DNA from: Eledone cirrhosa
Lineage: Eukaryota
NCBI GenBank assembly: GCA_964016885.1
Contig: OZ024741.1
Span: 415,648,001-415,712,000 of the forward strand
DNA: 64,000 nucleotides
Direction: 5' to 3'
A model generated the notes under the pieces. The model made no database searches and was not told where the DNA came from. It saw nothing but the letters and a program-made list of their open reading frames with translations. Of the stretch, positions 26,951 to 41,200 are shown piece by piece. How positions within the stretch are numbered: position 1 is the stretch's first letter; each line of letters starts with the position of its first letter. A program made the translations under genes and the position numbers.

Positions 26951-29900
26951 GGCCTCTGTTATATTAACTGGGGCCTCTATTATATTAACTGGGGTCTCTG
27001 TTATATTAACTGGGGTCTCTGTTATATTAACTGGGGTCTCTGTTATATTAACTGGGGTCTCTGTTATATTAACTGGGGTATGTTATATTAACTGGGGTCT
27101 CTGTTATATTAACTGGGGCCTCTGTTATATTAACTGGGGCCTCTGTTATATTAACTGGGGCCTCTGTTATATTAAATGGGGTCTCTGATATATTAACTGG
27201 GGTCTCTGTTATATTAACTGGGGCCTCTGTTATATTAACTGGTGCCTCTGTTATATTAACTGGGGCCTCTGTTATATTAAATGGGGTCTCTGTTATATTA
27301 ACTGGCGCATTCTGTTATATTAACTGGTGCCTCTGTTATATTAACTTAGGTCTCTGTTATATTAACTGGGGTCTCTGTTATATTAACTGGGGTCTCTGTT
27401 ATATTAACTGGGGTATGTTATATTAACTGGGGTCTCTGTTATATTGACTGGGGTACGTTATATTAACTGGGGTCTCTGTAATATTAACTGGGGTCTCTAT
27501 TATATTAACTGGGGTCTCTGTTATATTAACTGGGATCTCTGTTATATTAACTGGGGTATGTTATATTAACTGGGGTCTCTGTTATATTAACTAGGGCCTC
27601 TGTTATATTAACTGGGGCCTCTGTTATATTAACTGGGGCCTCTGTTATATTAAATGGGGTCTCCGTTATATTAACTGGGGTCTCTGTTATATTAACTGGG
27701 GTCTCTGTTATATTAACTGGGGTCTCTGTTATATTAACTGGGGCCTCTGTTATATTAACTGGGGCCTCTGTTATATTAAATGGTGTCTCTGTTATATTAA
27801 CTGGCGCCTCTGTTATATTAACTGGGGCCTCTGTTATATTAACTGGGGTATGTTATATTAACTGGGGTCTCTGTAATATTAACTTGGGTCTCTATTATAT
27901 TAACTGGGGTCTCTGTTATATTAACTGGGGTCTCTGTTATATTAACTGGGGTCTCTGTAATATTAACTGGGGTCTCTATTATATTAACTGGGGTCTCTGT
28001 TATATTAACTGGGGCCTCTTTTATATTAACTGGGGTCTTTGTTATATTAACTGGGGTCTCTGTTATATTAACTGGAATCTCTGTTATATTAACTGGGGTC
28101 TCTGTTATATTAACTGGGGCCTCTGTTATATTAACTGGGGCCTCTGTTATATTAACTGGGGCCTCCGTTATATATACTGGGGTCTCTGTTATATTAACTG
28201 GGGTCTATGTTATATTAACTGGTGCCTCTGTTATATTAACTGGGGTCTCTGTTATATTAACTGGGGCCTCTGTTATATTAACTGGGGTCTCTGTTATATT
28301 AACTGGGGTCTCTGTTATATTAACTGGGGTATGTTATATTAACTGGGGTCTCTGTTATATTGACTGGGGTACGTTATATTAACTGGGGTCTCTGTAATAT
28401 TAACTGGGGTCTCTATTATATTAACTGGGGTCTCTGTTATATTAACTGGGATCTCTGTTATATTAGCTGGGGCCTCTGTTATATTAACTGGGGTCTCTGT
28501 TACATTAAATGGGGTCTCTGTTATATTAACTGGGGCCTCTGTTATATTAACTGGGGCCTCTGTTATATTAACTGGGGCCTCTGTTATATTAACTGGGGCC
28601 TCTATTATAGTAACTGGGGTCTCTGTTATTTTAACTGGGGTCTCTGTTATATTAACTGGGGTCTCCTTCATATTAACTGGGGTCTCTGTTATATTAACAG
28701 GGGTCTCTATTATATTAACTGGGGTCTCTGTTATATTAACTGGGGTCTCTATTATATTAAATGGCGTCTATGTTATTTTAACTGGGGCCTCTGTTATATT
28801 AACTGGGGTCTCTGTTATATTAACTGGGGTATGTTATATTAACTGTGGCCTCTGTTATATTAACTGGGGCCTCTATTATATTAACTGGAATCTCTGTTAT
28901 ATTAACTGGGGTCTCTGTTATATTAACTGGGGCCTCTGTTATATTAACTGGGGCCTCTGTTATATTAACTGGTGCCTCTGTTATATTAACTGGGGTCTCT
29001 GTTATATTATCTGGGGTCTCTGTTATATTAACTGGGGTCTCTATTATATTAAATGGCGTCTATGTTATTTTAACTGGGGCCTCTGTTATATTAACTGGGG
29101 TCTCTGTTATATTAACTGGGGTAAGTTATATTAACTGTGGCCTCTGTTATATTAACTGGGGCCTCTATTATATTAACTGTGGTCTCTGTTATATTAACTG
29201 GGGTCTCTGTTATATTAACTGGGGCCTCTGTTATATTAACTGGGGTCTCTCTAATATTAACTGGGGTCTCTGTTATATTAACTGGGGCCTCTGTTATATT
29301 AACTGGGGTCTCTGTTATATTAACTGGGGTATGTTATATTAACTGGTGCCTCTGTTATATTAACTGGGGTCTCTGTTATATTAACTGGGGTCTCTGTTAT
29401 ATTAACTGGGGTCTCTATTATATTAAATGGCGTCTATGTTATTTTAACTGGGGCCTCTGTTATATTAACTGGGGTCTCTGTTATATTAACTGGGGTATGT
29501 TATATTAACTGTGGCCTCTGTTATATTAACTGGGGCCTCTATTATATTAACTGTGGTCTCTGTTATATTAACTGGGGTCTCTGTTATATTAACTGGGGCC
29601 TCTGTTATATTAACTGGGGTCACTGTTATATTAACTGGGGTCTCTGTTATATTAACTGGGGTCTCTGTTATATTAACTGGGGTCTCTGTTATATTAACTG
29701 GGGTATGTTATATTAACTGGGGTCTCTGTTATATGAACTGTGGCCTCTGTTATATTAACTGGGGCCTCTATTATATTAACTGGGGTCTCTGTTATATTAA
29801 CTGGGGTCTCTGTTATATTAACTGGGGTCTCTGTTATATTAACTGGGGTCTCTGTTATATTAACTGGGGTATGTTATATTAACTGGGGTCTCTGTTATAT

Positions 29901-31050
29901 TAACTGGGGCCTCTGTTATATTAACTGGGGCCTCTGTTATATTAAATGGGGTCTCTGATATATTAACTGGGGTCTCTGTTATATTAACTGGGGCCTCTGT
30001 TATATTAACTGGTGCCTCTGTTATATTAACTGGGGCCTCTGTTATATTAAATGGGGTCTCTGTTATATTAACTGGCGCCTCTGTTATATTAACTGGTGCC
30101 TCTGTTATATTAACTTAGGTCTCTGTTATATTAACTGGGGTCTCTGTTATATTAACTGGGGTCTCTGTTATATTAACTGGGGTATGTTATATTAACTGGG
30201 GTCTCTGTTATATTGACTGGGGTACGTTATATTAACTGGGGTCTCTGTAATATTAACTGGGGTCTCTATTATATTAACTGGGGTCTCTGTTATATTAACT
30301 GGGATCTCTGTTATATTAACTGGGGTATGTTATATTAACTGGGGTCTCTGTTATATTAACTAGGGCCTCTGTTATATTAACTGGGGCCTCTGTTATATTA
30401 ACTGGGGCCTCTGTTATATTAAATGGGGTCTCCGTTATATTAACTGGGGTCTCTGTTATATTAACTGGGGCCTCTGTTATATTAAATGGTGTCTCTGTTA
30501 TATTAACTGGCGCCTCTGTTATATTAACTGGGGCCTCTGTTATATTAACTGGGGTATGTTATATTAACTGGGGTCTCTGTAATATTAACTTGGGTCTCTA
30601 TTATATTAACTGGGGTCTCTGTTATATTAACTGGGGTCTCTGTTATATTAACTGGGGTCTCTGTAATATTAACTGGGGTCTCTATTATATTAACTGGGGT
30701 CTCTGTTATATTAACTGGGGCCTCTGTTATATTAACTGGGGTCTTTGTTATTTTAACTGGGGTCTCTGTTATATTAACTGGAATCTCTGTTATATTAACT
30801 GGGGTCTCTGTTATATTAACTGGGGCCTCTGTTATATTAACTGGGGCCTCTGTTATATTAACTGGGGCCTCCGTTATATATACTGGGGTCTCTTTTATAT
30901 TAACTGGGGTCTCTGTTATATTAACTGGTGCCTCTGTTATATTAACTGGGGTCTCTGTTATATTAACTGGGGTCTCTGTTATATTAACTGGGGCCTCTGT
31001 TATATTAACTGGGGCCTCTGTTATATTAACTGGGGTCTCTGTTATATTAA
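25950..31050 (+). repeat. HOR domain C: ~2.7-2.8-kb near-tandem duplication overlapping the end of domain B; looser related copies continue to ~35.3 kb
   Basis: ORF pairs 26054/28845, 26346/29137, 26720/29511 and 26949/29740 are all offset by 2791. 27884/30590/33117 are offset by 2706 and 2527. Confidence 0.8.
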
Positions 31051-34000
31051 CTGGGGTCTCTGTTATATTAACTGGGGTCTCTGTTACATTAAATGGGGTC
31101 TCTGTTATATTAACTGGGGCCTCTGTTATATTAACTGGGGCCTCTGTTATATTAACTGGGGCCTCTGTTATATTAACTGGGGCCTCTGTTATATTAACTG
31201 GGGTCTCTGTTATATTAACTTGGGTCTCTGTTATATTAACTGGGGTCTCTGTTATATTAGCTGGGGCCTCTGTTATATTAACTGGGGTCTCTGTTACATT
31301 AAATGGGGTCTCTGTTATATTAACTGGGGCCTCTGTTATATTAACTGGGGCCTCTGTTATATTAACTGGGGTCTCTGTTATATTAACTGGGGTATGTTAT
31401 ATTAACTGGGGCCTCTGTTATATTAACTGGGGCCTCTATTATAGTAACTGGGGTCTCTGTTATTTTAACTGGGGTCTCTGTTATATTAACTGGGGTCTCC
31501 TTCATATTAACTGGGGTCTCTGTTATATTAACTGGGGTCTCTGTTATATTAACTGGCGTCTCTGTTATATTAACTGGGGCCTCTGTTATATTAAGTGGGG
31601 CCTCTATTATATTAACTGGCGTCTCTGTTATATTAACTGGGGTCTCTGTTATATTAACTGGGGCCTCTGTTATATTAACTGAGGTCTCTGTTATATTAAC
31701 TGGGGTCTCTGTTATATTAACTGGGGTCTCTGTTATATTAACTGGGGTCTCTGTTATATTAACTGGGGTCTCTGTTATATTAACTGTGGCCTCTGTTATA
31801 TTAACTGGGGCCTCTATTATATTAACTGGGGTCTCTGTTATATTAACTGGGGTCTCTGTTATATTAACTGGCGTCTCTGTTATATTAACTGGGGTCTCTG
31901 TTATATTAACTGGGGTCTCTGTTATATTAACTGGGGTCTCTGTTATATTAACTGGAATCTCTGTTATATTAACTGGGGTCTCTGTTATATTAACTGGGGC
32001 CTCTGTTATATTAACTGGGGCCTCTGTTATATTAACTGGGGCCTCTGTTATATTAACTGGGGTCTCTGTTATATTAACTGGTGCCTCTGTTATATTAACT
32101 GGGGTCTCTGTTATATTAACTGGGGTCTCTGTTATATTAACTGGGGTCTCTATTATATTAAATGGGGTCTATGTTATTTTAACTGGGGCCTCTGTTATAT
32201 TAACTGGGGTCTCTGTTATATTAACTGGGGTATGTTATATTAACTGTGGCCTCTGTTATATTAACTGGGGCCTCTATCATATTAACTGTGGTCTCTGTTA
32301 TATTAACTGGGGTCTCTGTTATATTAACTGGGGCCTCTGTTATATTAACTGGGGTCTCTCTAATATTAACTGGGGTCTCTGTTATATTAACTGTGGTCTC
32401 TGTTATATTAACTGGCGTCTCTGTTATATTAACTGGGGTATGTTATATTAACTGGTGCCTCTGTTATATTAACTGGGGTCTCTGTTATATTAACTGGGGT
32501 CTCTGTTATATTAACTGGGGTCTCTATTATATTAAATGGCGTCTATGTTATTTTAACTGGGGCCTCTGTTATATTAACTGGGGTCTCTGTTATATTAACT
32601 GGGGTATGTTATATTAACTGTGGCCTCTGTTATATTAACTGGGGCCTCTGTTATATTAACTGGGGCCTCTGTTATATTAACTGGGGCCTCTGTTATATTA
32701 ACTGGGGTATGTTATATTAACTGGGGTCTCTGTAATATTAACTTGGGTCTCTATTATATTAACTGGGGTCTCTGATATATTAACTGGGGTCTCTGTTATA
32801 TTAACTGGGGTCTCTGTTATATTAACTGGGATCTCTGTTATATTAACTGGGGTATGTTATATTAACTAGGGCCTCTGTTATATTAACTGGGGTCTCCGTT
32901 ATATTAACTGGGGTCTCTGTTATATTAACTGGGGTCTCTGTTATATTAACTGGGGCCTCTGTTATATTAACTGGGGCCTCTGTTATATTAACTGGGGCCT
33001 CTGTTATATTAACTGGGGCCTCTGTTTTTTTAAATGGGGTCTCTGTTATATTAACTGGCGCCTCTGTTATATTAACTGGGGTATGTTATATTAACTGGGG
33101 TCTCTGTAATATTAACTTGGGTCTCTATTATATTAACTGGGGTCTCTGTTATATTAACTGGGGTCTCTGTTATATTAACAGGGGTCTCTGTAATATTAAC
33201 TGGGGTCTCTATTATATTAACTGGGGTCTCTGTTATATTAACTGGAGTCTCTGTTATATTAACTGGAATCTCTGTTATATTAACTGGGGTCTCTGTTATA
33301 TTAACTGGGGCCTCTGTTATATTAACTGGGGCCTCTGTTATATTAACTGGGGCCTCCGTTATATATACTGGGGTCTCTGTTATATTAACTGGGGTCTCTG
33401 TTATATTAACTGGTGCCTCTGTTATATTAACTGGGGTCTCTGTTATATTAACTGGGGCCTCTGTTATATTAACTGGGGTCTCTGTTATATTAACTGGGGT
33501 CTCTGTTATATTAACTGGGGTCTCTGTTACATTAAATGGGGTCTCTGTTATATTAACTGGGGCCTCTGTTATATTAACTGGGGCCTCTGTTATATTAACT
33601 GGGGCCTCTGTTATATTAACTGGGGCCTCTGTTATATTAACTGGGGTCTCTGTTATATTAACTTGGGTCTCTGTTATATTAACAGGGGCCTCTGTTATAT
33701 TAGCTGGGGCCTCTGTTATATTAACTGGGGTCTCTGTTATATTAACTGGGGCCTCTGTTATATTAACTGGGGTCTCTCTAATATTAACTGGGGTCTCTGT
33801 TATATTAACTGGGGTCTCTGTTATATTAACTGGCGTCTCTGTTATATTAACTGGGGTATGTTATATTAACTGGTGCCTCTGTTATATTAACTGGGGTCTC
33901 TGTTATATTAACTGGGGTCTCTGTTATATTAACTGGGGTCTCTGTTATATTAACTGGGGTATGTTATATTAACTGGGGCCTCTGTTATATTAACTGGGGC

Positions 34001-35269
34001 CTCTATTATAGTAACTGGGGTCTCTGTTATTTTAACTGGGGTCTCTGTTCTATTAACTGGGGTCTCCTTCATATTAACTGGGGTCTCTGTTATATTAACA
34101 GGGGTCTCTGTTATATTAACTGGGGTCTCTGTTATATTAACTGGGGTCTCTATTATATTAAATGGCGTCTATGTTATTTTAACTGGGGCCTCTGTTATAT
34201 TAACTGGGGTATGTTATATTAACTGTGGCCTCTGTTATATTAACTAGGGTATTTTATATTAACTGGGGTCTCTGTTATATTAACTGGGGTCTCTGTTATA
34301 TTAACTGGGGCCTCTGTTATATTAACTGAGGTCTCTGTTATATTAACTGGGGTCTCTGTTATATTAACTGGGGTCTCTGTTATATTAACTGGGGTCTCTG
34401 TTATATTAACTGTGGCCTCTGTTATATTAACTGGGGCCTCTATTATATTAACTGGGGTCTCTGTTATATTAACTGGGGAGTCTGTTATATTAACTGGGGT
34501 CTCTGTTATATTAACTGGCATCTCTGTTATATTAACTGGGGTCTCTGTTATATTAACTGGGGTCTCTGTTATATTAACTGGGGTCTCTGTTATATTAACT
34601 GGAATCTCTGTTATATTAACTGGGGTCTCTGTTATATTAACTGGGGCCTCTGTTATATTAACTGGGGCCTCTGTTATATTAACTGGGGCCTCTGTTATAT
34701 TAACTGGGGTCTCTGTTATATTAACTGGTGCCTCTGTTATATTAACTGGGGTCTCTGTTATATTAACTGGGGTCTCTGTTATATTAACTGGGGTCTCTAT
34801 TATACTAAATGGCGTCTATGTTATTTTAACTGGGGCCTCTGTTATATTAACTGGGGTCTCTGTTATATTAACTGGGGTATGTTACATTAACTGTGGCCTC
34901 TGTTATATTAACTGGGGCCTCTATTATATTAACTGTGGTCTCTGTTATATTAACTGGGGTCTCTGTTATATTAACTGGGGCCTCTGTTATATTAACTGGG
35001 GTCTCTGTTATATTAACTGGGGTCTCTGTTATATTAACTGGGGTCTCTGTTATATTAACTGGGGTCTCTGTTATATTAACTGGGGTATGTTATATTAACT
35101 GGGGTCTCTGTTATATTAACTGTGGCCTCTGTTATATTAACTGGGGCCTCTATTATATTAACTGGGGTCTCTGTTATATTAACTGGGGTCTCTGTTATAT
35201 TAACTGGGGTCTCTGTTATATTAACTGGGGTCTCTGTTATATTAACTGGGGTCTCTGTTATATTAACTG

Positions 35270-38200
35270 GGGTATGTTATATTAACTGGGGTCTCTGTTA
35301 TATTAACTGGGGCCTCTGTTATATTAACTGGGGCCTCTGTTATATTAACTGGGGCCTCTGTTATATTAAATGGGGTCTCTGATATATCAACTGGGGTCTC
35401 TGTTATATTAACTGGGGCCTCTGTTATATTAACTGGGGCCTCTGTTATATTAACTGGGGCCTCTGTTATATTAAATGGGGTCTCTGTTATATTAACTGGC
35501 GCCTCTGTTATATTAACTGGTGCCTCTGTTATATTAACTGGGGCCTCTGTTATATTAACTGGGGTCTCTGTTATATTAACTGGGGTCTCTGTTATATTAA
35601 CTGGGGTATGTTATATTAACTGGGGTCTCTGTAATATTAACTGGGGTCTCTATTATATTAACTGGGGTCTCTGTTATATTAACTGGGGCCTCTGTTATAT
35701 TAACTGGGGTCTCTGTTATATTAACTAGGGTCTCTGTTATATTAAATAGGGTCTCTGTTATATTAACTGGGGTCTCTGTTATATTAACTGGTGCCTCTGT
35801 TATATTAACTGGGGTCTCTGTTATATTAACTGGGGCCTCTGTTATATTAACTGGGGCCTCTGTTATATTAACTGGGGTCTCTGTTATATTAACTGGGGTC
35901 TCTGTTATATTAACTGCGGTATGTTATATTAACTGGGGTTTCTGTTATATTAACTGGGGCCTCTGTTATATTAACTGGGGCCTCTGTTATATTAACTGGG
36001 GCCTCTGTTATATTAAATGGAGTCTCTGATATATTAACTGGGGTTTCTGTTATATTAACTGGGGCCTCTGTTATATTAACTGGGGCCTCTGTTATATTAA
36101 CTGGGGCCTCTGTTATATTAAATGGGGTCTCTGTTATATTAACTGGCGCCTCTGTTATATTAACTGGGGCCTCTGTTATATTAACTGGGGCCTCTGTTAT
36201 ATTAACTGGGGTCTCTGTTATATTAACTAGGGTCTCTGTTATATTAAATAGGGTCTCTGTTATATTAACTGGGGTCTCTGTTATATTAACTGGTGCCTCT
36301 GTTATATTAACTGGGGTCTCTGTTATATTAACTTAGGGCCTCTGTTATATTAACTGGGGCCTCTGTTATATTAACTGGGGTCTCTTATATATTAACTGGG
36401 GTCTCTGTTATATTAACCGGGGTATGTTATATTAACTGGGGTCTCTGTAATATTAACTGGGGTCTCTATTATATTAACTGGGGTCTCTATTATATTAACT
36501 GGGGCCTCTGTTATATTAACTGGGGCCTCTGTTATATTAACTGGGGTCTCTGTTATATTAACTGGGGTCTCTGTTATATTAACTGGTGCCTCTGTTATAT
36601 TAACTGGGGTCTCTGTTATATTAACTGTTGCCTCTGTTATATTAACTGGGGCCTCTGTTATAATAACTGGGGTCTCTGTTATATTAACTGGGGTCCCTGT
36701 TATATTAACTGGGGTATGTTATATTAACTGGGGTCTCTGTAATATTAACTGGGGTCTCTATTTTATTAACTGGGGTCTCTGTTATATTAACTGGGGCCTC
36801 TGTTATGTTAACTGGGGTCTCTGTTATATTAACTGGCGCCTCTGTTATATTAACTGGGGCCTCTGTTATATTAACTGGGGCCTCCGTTATCTTAACTGGG
36901 GTCTCTGTTATATTAACTGGGGTCTCTGTTATCTTAAATGGGGTTTCTGTTATATTAACTGGGGTCTCTGTTATATTAACTGGGGTCTCTGTTATAATAA
37001 CTGGGGCCTCTGTTATATTAACTGGGGTCTCTATTATATTAACTGGGGTCTCTGTTATATTAACTGGGGCCTCTGTTATATTAACTGGGGTCTCTATTAT
37101 ATTAACTGGGGTCTCTGTTACATTAAATGGGGTCTCTGTTATATTAACTGGGGCCTCTGTTATATTAACTGGGGTCTCTGTTATATTAACTGGGGCCTCT
37201 GTTATATTAACTGGGGTCTCTGTTATATTAACTGGGGTCTCTGTTATATTAACTGGGGCCTCTGTTATATTAACTGGGGTCTCTATTATATTAACTGGGG
37301 TCTCTGTTATATTAACTGGGGTCTCTGTTACATTAAATGGGGTCTCTGTTATATTAACTGGGGCCTCTGTTATATTAACTGGGGTCTCTGTTATATTAAC
37401 TGGGGCCTCTGTTATATTAACTGGGCTCTCTGTTTTATTAACTGGGGTCTCTGTTATATTAACTGAGGTCTCTGTTATATTAACTGGGGTCTCTGTTATA
37501 TTAACTGAGGTCTCTATTATATTAACTGGGGTCTCTGTTATATTAACTGGGGCCTCTGTTATATTAACTGGGGTATGTTATATTAACTGGGGTCTCTGTT
37601 ATATTAACTGGGGTCTCTGTTATATTAACTGGGGTATGTTATATTAACTGGGGTCTCTGTAATATTAACTGGGGCCTCTGTTATATTAACTGGGGCCTCT
37701 GTTATATTAAATGGGGTCTCTGTTATATTAGCTGGGGCCTCTGTTATATTAACTGGGGTCTCTGTTACATTAAATGGGGTCTCTGTATATTAACTGGGGC
37801 CTCTGTAATATTAACTGGGGTCTGTTATATTAACTGGGGTCTCTGTTATATTAACTGGGGTCTCTGTTATATTAACTGGGGTCTCTATTATATTAACTAG
37901 GGTCTCTGATATATTAACTGGGGCATCTGTAATATTAACTGGGGTATGTTATATTAACTGGGTCTCTGTTATATTAACTGAGGTCTCTGTTATATTAACT
38001 GGGGTCTCTGTTATATTAACTGGGGTCTCTGTTATATTAACTGGGGTCTTGGTTATATTAACTGGGGCCTCTATTATATTAACTTAGGTCTCTGTTATAT
38101 TAACTGGGGTCTCTGTTATATTAACTGGGGTCTCTGTTATATTAACTGGGGTCTCTGTTATATTAACTGGGGTATGTTATATTAACTGGGGTGTCTGTTA

Positions 38201-41200
38201 TATTAACTGGGGTACGTTATATTAACTGGGATCTGTGTAATATTAACTGGGGTCTCTATTATATTAACTGGGGTCTCTGTTATATTAACTGGGATCTCTG
38301 TTATATTAACTGGGGTATGTTATATAAACTGGGGTCTCTGTTACATTAAATGGGGTCTCTGTTATATTAACTGGGGCCTCTGTTATATTAACTGGGGGCT
38401 CTGTTATATTAACTGGGGCCTCTGTTATATTAACTGGGCTCTCTGTTTTATTAACTGGGGTCTCTGTTATATTAACTGAGGTCTCTGTTATATTAACTGG
38501 GGTCTCTGTTATATTAACTGAGGTCTCTGTTATATTAACTGGGGTCTCTATTATATTAACTGGGATCTCTTTTATATTCACTGGGGTCTCTGTTATATTA
38601 ACTGGGGTATGTTATATTAACTGCGGTCTCTGTTATATTAACTGGGTTCTCTGTTATATTAACTGGGGTATGTTATATTAACTGGGGTCTCTGTTATATT
38701 AACTGGGGCCTCTGTTATATTAACTGGGGCCTCTGTTATATTAACTGGGGCCTCTGTTATGTTAAATGTGGTCTCTGTTATATTAGCTGGGGCCTCTGTT
38801 ATATTAACTGGGGTCTCTGTTACATTAAATGGGGTCTCTGTATATTAACTGGGGCCTCTGTAATATTAACTGGGGTCTGTTATATTAACTGGGGTCTCTG
38901 TTATATTAACTGGGGTCTCTGTTATATTAACTGGGGTCTCTATTATATTAAATAGGGTCTCTGTTATATTAACTGGGGCCTCTGTAATATTAACTGGGGT
39001 ATGTTATATTAACTGGGGTCTCTGTTATATTAACTGAGGTCTCTGTTATACTAACTGGGGTCTCTGTTATATTAACTGGGGTCTCTGTTATATTAACTGG
39101 GGTCTCGGTTATATTAACTGGGGCCTCTATTATATTAACTTAGGTCTCTGTTATATTAACTGGGGTCTCTGTTATATTAACTGGGCTCTCTGTTATATTA
39201 ACTGGGGTCTCTGTTATATTAACTGGGGTATGTTATATTAACTGGGGTCTCTGTTATATTGAGTGGGGTACGTTATATTAACTGGGGTCTCTGTAATATT
39301 AACTGGGGTCTCTATTATATTAACTGGTGTCTCTGTTATATTAACTGGGATCTCTGTTATATTAACTGGGGTATGTTATATTAACTGGGGTCTCTGTTAT
39401 ATTAACTGGGGCCTCTGTTATATTAACTGGGGCCTCTGTTATATTAACTGGGGCCTCTGTTATATTAAATGGGGTCTCTGATATATCAACTGGGGTCTCT
39501 GTTATATTAACTGGGGCCTCTGTTATATTAACTGGGGCCTCTGTTATATTAACTGGGGCCTCTGTTATATTAAATGGGGTCTCTGTTATATTAACTGGCG
39601 CCTCTGTTATATTAACTGGTGCCTCTGTTATATTAACTGGGGAGTCTGTTATATTAACTGGGGTCTCTGTTATATTAACTGGGGTCTCTGTTATATTAAC
39701 TGGGGTATGTTATATTAACTGGGGTCTCTGTAATATTAACTGGGGTCTCTATTATATTAACTGGGGTCTCTGTTATATTAACTGGGGCCTCTGTTATATT
39801 AACTGGGGTCTCTGTTATATTAACTAGGGTCTCTGTTATATTAAATAGGGTCTCTGTTATATTAACTGGGGTCTCTGTTATATTAACTGGTGCCTCTGTT
39901 ATATTAACTGGGGTCTCTGTTATATTAACTGGGGCCTCTGTTATATTAACTGGGGCCTCTGTTATATTAACTGGGGTCTCTGTTATATTAACTGGGGTCT
40001 CTGTTATATTAACTGGGGTATGTTATATTAACTGGGGTTTCTGTTATATTAACTGGGGCCTCTGTTATATTAACTGGGGCCTCTGTTATATTAACTGGGG
40101 CCTCTGTTATATTAAATGGAGTCTCTGATATATTAACTGGGGTTTCTGTTATATTAACTGGGGCCTCTGTTATATTAACTGGGGCCTCTGTTATATTAAC
40201 TGGGGCCTCTGTTATATTAAATGGGGTCTCTGTTATATTAACTGGCGCCTCTGTTATATTAACTGGGGCCTCTGTTATATTAACTGGGGCCTCTGTTGTA
40301 TTAACTGGGGTCTCTGTTATATTAACTAGGGTCTCTGTTATATTAAATAGGGTCTCTGTTATATTAACTGGGGTCTCTGTTATATTAACTGGTGCCTCTG
40401 TTATATTAACTGGGGTCTCTGTTATATTAACTTAGGGCCTCTGTTGTATTAACTGGGGCCTCTGTTATATTAACTGGGGTCTCTTATATATTAACTGGGG
40501 TCTCTGTTATATTAACCGGGGTATGTTATATTAACTGGGGTCTCTGTAATATTAACTGGGGTCTCTATTATATTAACTGGGGTCTCTATTATATTAACTG
40601 GGTCTCTGTTATATTAACTGAGGTCTCTGTTATATTAACTGGGGTCTCTGTTATATTAACTGGGGTCTCTGTTATATTAACTGGGGTCTTGGTTATATTA
40701 ACTGGGGCCTCTATTATATTAACTTAGGTCTCTGTTATATTAACTGGGGTCTCTGTTATATTAACTGGGGTCTCTGTTATATTAACTGGGGTCTCTGTTA
40801 TATTAACTGGGGTATGTTATATTAACTGGGGTGTCTGTTATATTAACTGGGGTACGTTATATTAACTGGGATCTCTGTAATATTAACTGGGGTCTCTATT
40901 ATATTAACTGGGGTCTCTGTTATATTAACTGGGATCTCTGTTATATTAACTGGGGTATGTTATATAAACTGGGGTCTCTGTTATATTAACTGGGGTCTCT
41001 GTTATATTAACTGGGGTCTCTGTTATATTAACTGAGGCCTCTGTTATATTAACTGGGGTCTCTGTTATATTAACTGGGGTCTCTGTTATATTAACTGGGG
41101 TCTCTGTTATATTAACTGTGGCCTCTGTTATATTAACTGGGGCCTCTATTATATTAACTGGGGTCTCTGTTATATTAACTGGGGTCTCTGTTACATTAAA

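Noticed and set aside
36333-36338. TTAGGG hexamer (also 40432, 43282, 46132) and TTAGG variants
   Set aside because: These are single isolated copies from one 22-bp variant monomer propagated once per domain-D unit, not a telomeric tract.
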